DNA from: Planctomycetota bacterium | Lineage (GTDB): Bacteria; Planctomycetota; UBA11346 | Direction of reading: 5' to 3' | Length of the DNA: 64,000 nucleotides | Assembly: GCA_038213805.1 (NCBI GenBank) | Contig: JBBQSO010000011.1 | Coordinates: forward strand, 4,205-68,204 | In this document: one piece after another, positions 61,666 through 64,000 of the stretch | Numbering within the stretch: position 1 is the stretch's first letter | How the letters are laid out: the number at the start of each line of letters is the position of its first letter | Program-made: the position numbers and the translations under genes | Notes under the pieces: generated by a model | What the model was told of the DNA's origin: nothing | Database searches by the model: none | What the model saw: the letters and a program-made list of their open reading frames with translations, nothing else

Positions 61666-62673
61666 CTAGCCCTTGCCGACCTCGAACCCGCGTTCGACCA
61701 GATCCTGCAGATCGAGCAGCCCGACCAGCTTCCCGTCGTCATCGACTACTGGCAGCTCGTTGATCTTGCGTTCGGCGCAGATGTGCAGCGCCGCCTGCAG
61801 CAGGTCGCCCGCGCGCACCATCCGGCAGGGCATGGTGGCGTGTGCGTCGACGCGCGCGGCCAGCACCGCGGCGGGATCACCGGCGCGGGTCAGCACACGG
61901 CGCAGGTCGCCATCGGTGAAGATGCCCAGCAGCCTGTTCTGCTCGTCCACCAGCACCACGCTGCCGGCGCGCGCGCGGGTGATGGCGCGCAGGCAGTCGA
62001 GCACGCTGGTCGCGGGCGCCACCGCCGGCACGCGCTCGCCCGCGCGCATCGCTTCGCGCGTGGTCATCAGCTTGCGGCCGAGCGCGCCGCCGGGATGGAA
62101 GCGCGCGTACTGCTCGGCGGTGAAGCGGCGCTGACCCTGCACGGTCAGCGCCAGCGCGTCGCCGAGTGCAAGCATGGCGGTGGTGCTGGTGCTCGGCGCC
62201 AGCCCGAGCGGACACGCCTCGAGCACCGCGCCGATGCAGAGGGTGACCGCGGCGTGGCGCCCGAGGGGGGAGGCGCGATTGCCGACGATGGCGACCACGC
62301 AGACACCAATCAGGCTGAGGCTGGGCAGCAGCGCGACCAGCTCCTCGCTCGAACCGCTGTTGCTGAGCGCCAGCACCACGTCGGTCTCCTGGACCATGCC
62401 CAGGTCCCCGTGGCGGGCCTCGGCGGGGTGCAGGAACAGTGCCGGCGTGCCAGTGCTGGCGAAGGTCGCCGCGAGTTTACGCCCGATCAGCCCGGCCTTG
62501 CCCACACCGGTCACCACCAGGCGCCCCGGACGCCCGTCGCCGCAGCGCGTGCGGATCAGCGCGCACGCCTCCTCCAGCGCCTCGCCCTGCTCGCTGCAGG
62601 TCTCGGCCAACCGGCCGACCGCGGCTGCCTCCGTAGCAAGGATGTGGCGGATGCTGGAGACGGCGTCGCTCAT
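61666..62673 (-). CDS. kdsD: Arabinose-5-phosphate isomerase, KpsF/GutQ family (SIS + CBS)
   Basis: TGVGKAGLIGRKLAATFASTGTP, HGDLG, LAPSTST, FHPGGALG, GIFTDGDLRR. Confidence 0.93.
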   Translation of the reverse strand: MSDAVSSIRHILATEAAAVGRLAETCSEQGEALEEACALIRTRCGDGRPGRLVVTGVGKAGLIGRKLAATFASTGTPALFLHPAEARHGDLGMVQETDVVLALSNSGSSEELVALLPSLSLIGVCVVAIVGNRASPLGRHAAVTLCIGAVLEACPLGLAPSTSTTAMLALGDALALTVQGQRRFTAEQYARFHPGGALGRKLMTTREAMRAGERVPAVAPATSVLDCLRAITRARAGSVVLVDEQNRLLGIFTDGDLRRVLTRAGDPAAVLAARVDAHATMPCRMVRAGDLLQAALHICAERKINELPVVDDDGKLVGLLDLQDLVERGFEVGKG

Positions 62674-62748
62674 GCGCGGAGTCTCACCCGCCTGGGGCGC
62701 GCTACAATCCTCGTGGTCGATTCACGCTTTCGGGGCAGGAGCGAGGTG

Positions 62749-62769
62749 GTCTAGCGTCTAGCGTCTAGC
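62749..62769. repeat. Tandem heptamer (GTCTAGC)x3
   Basis: Three exact copies in the kdsD / 62800 intergenic region. Confidence 0.85.
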
Positions 62770-62799
62770 GCATGCCGCGCAGCTCCGCATGCTCCGCCC

Positions 62800-63240
62800 A
62801 TGGCGCTCCGCCCCACCATCGCCGGCGACCGGCTGTACGGCATCAGCATGCGCCCCCAGGAACTCGCCCTCTATGGCGCGAAGGTGGCCTTCAACCTGCG
62901 CTACAGCGCGGTCTTCGACGACCCCGCTGAGCAGGCGGCCGAGCACTTCAAACTGCTGGTCCTCGAGATCGAGGCCGAGACGCCCGCTGGTGACCCGCTC
63001 GGCCGGGATCGCGGTCGGCTGCAGCTGTTGAAATGTGGCTGGGAGCTGCGCCTGACCACGCCCATCGCCTGCACCGTCGGCACCACCGAGGAACTGACTG
63101 AGGAGGTGCCGCTGCTGCTGGCGCGCATCGCCGACACCATCAACGATCTGGCGCAGCGCGGAGGGCTCGAGGCGCCCATGGGGCCCGAACTGGTGGCCGA
63201 CCTGCTGCAGCGCTATCGTCTGGGAATGGCCGACACGTAG
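62800..63240 (+). CDS. Hypothetical protein, possibly SecB-like fold
   Basis: 146 aa with good codon bias; beta-strand-like segments, then EVPLLLARIADTINDLAQRGGLEAP. Confidence 0.6.
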   Translation: MALRPTIAGDRLYGISMRPQELALYGAKVAFNLRYSAVFDDPAEQAAEHFKLLVLEIEAETPAGDPLGRDRGRLQLLKCGWELRLTTPIACTVGTTEELTEEVPLLLARIADTINDLAQRGGLEAPMGPELVADLLQRYRLGMADT

Positions 63241-63447
63241 AATTGATGGTATACTCGTGCTTGTGCCTCGACGCTGAGCGCTGCTCTTTGCGAATGACTG
63301 TCAATAACGACAAAACCATCGTGAAGCCGGCGCATTCGCCCGACGAATAATCAAACCGAAGGCTAGCTCCGGTCTTGTATCCTCATTGTGCATATCTAGC
63401 GTGTCCGCCACCTCACGAAGAGCTGGCCGTGCGCCGGGAGAGTCCTC

Positions 63448-64000
63448 GTGTCCGAGTCGCCTACGCCAGCCTTACCCGAGTCACTGCGCGGCCCTGACCT
63501 GCCGCTGCACCTGGTGCGTCGCTATTGGGTGCTGCTGGTAATCGCCGCCCTGGCCCTCGGGTCGTTCGGATGGTGGTTCCTAGGTGCCTTCAACGACCAG
63601 CATTACGCTCCGGCCCAGCCGATCGCCTACAGCCATAAGCAGCATGTCGGCGACCTCCACATCGACTGCGCCTATTGCCATTTCAATGCCGAGCGCGGCA
63701 AGCATGCCGGCGTTCCCCCTATGTCGGTGTGCATGGGTTGCCATACGCAGGTCGCAACTGGCAAGCCCGAGATCAAGAAGCTCGCCGACATCGTCGAGAA
63801 GGGCTCTTACGTCGGCGACGACGGGGTGGTCAAGGAAGGCGGCGTCGTGCATTGGGCGCGCGTCCACAAGCTCCCCGACCACGTCTACTTCAGCCACCAA
63901 TGGCATGTGAAGGCCGGTGTCGTCTGCCAGACCTGCCATGGTCCGATCGAGAAGATGGAAGTCGTGCGCCAGTTCGCGCCGCTGACCATGGGCTGGTGCC
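63448..64000 (+). CDS. Multiheme cytochrome c3-family protein, ActA/QrcA-like (alternative complex III), 3' truncated
   Basis: Own translation from GTG 63448 (GGGAGA upstream): TM, APAQPIAYSHKQH, CAYCH, CMGCH, WARVHKLPDHVYFSH, CQTCHG, LTMGWC. Confidence 0.9.
   Translation, partial: MSESPTPALPESLRGPDLPLHLVRRYWVLLVIAALALGSFGWWFLGAFNDQHYAPAQPIAYSHKQHVGDLHIDCAYCHFNAERGKHAGVPPMSVCMGCHTQVATGKPEIKKLADIVEKGSYVGDDGVVKEGGVVHWARVHKLPDHVYFSHQWHVKAGVVCQTCHGPIEKMEVVRQFAPLTMGWC

Overview
High-GC bacterial chromosomal window, most consistent with Planctomycetota/PVC (DUF1592-DUF1552 pair, three Hanks-type Ser/Thr kinases, alternative complex III-type cytochrome); the taxonomy is inference. It is gene-dense, with about 45 CDS. 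Housekeeping genes include rpsO-pnp, rlmF, thiG, hisI, gatB, kdsD/kpsF, an mlaD-like gene and an RlmI/K-like methyltransferase. Signalling genes include a Cache-domain Ser/Thr kinase, a PP2C phosphatase, an OmpR-type two-component system linked to a VIT/vWA protein, and a PAS hybrid kinase. Carbohydrate enzymes include a GH13+GH133 fusion, a GH63-like hydrolase and a GT11. A REP-associated tyrosine transposase (RAYT) lies between perfect 31-bp inverted repeats. I saw no rRNA, tRNA or CRISPR array. The most striking unexplained signal is non-coding. Four intergenic elements (6.4, 8.2, 14.9 and 26.2 kb) each consist of two inverted arms of tandem 7-mers around a unique 75-230 nt core. The 7-mer differs at each locus, but the units share an NCNGANN skeleton. 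There are also orphan 7-mer and 8-mer tracts, including a 15-unit GCYATCA array. All product calls come from motif recognition by eye, not from database searches.
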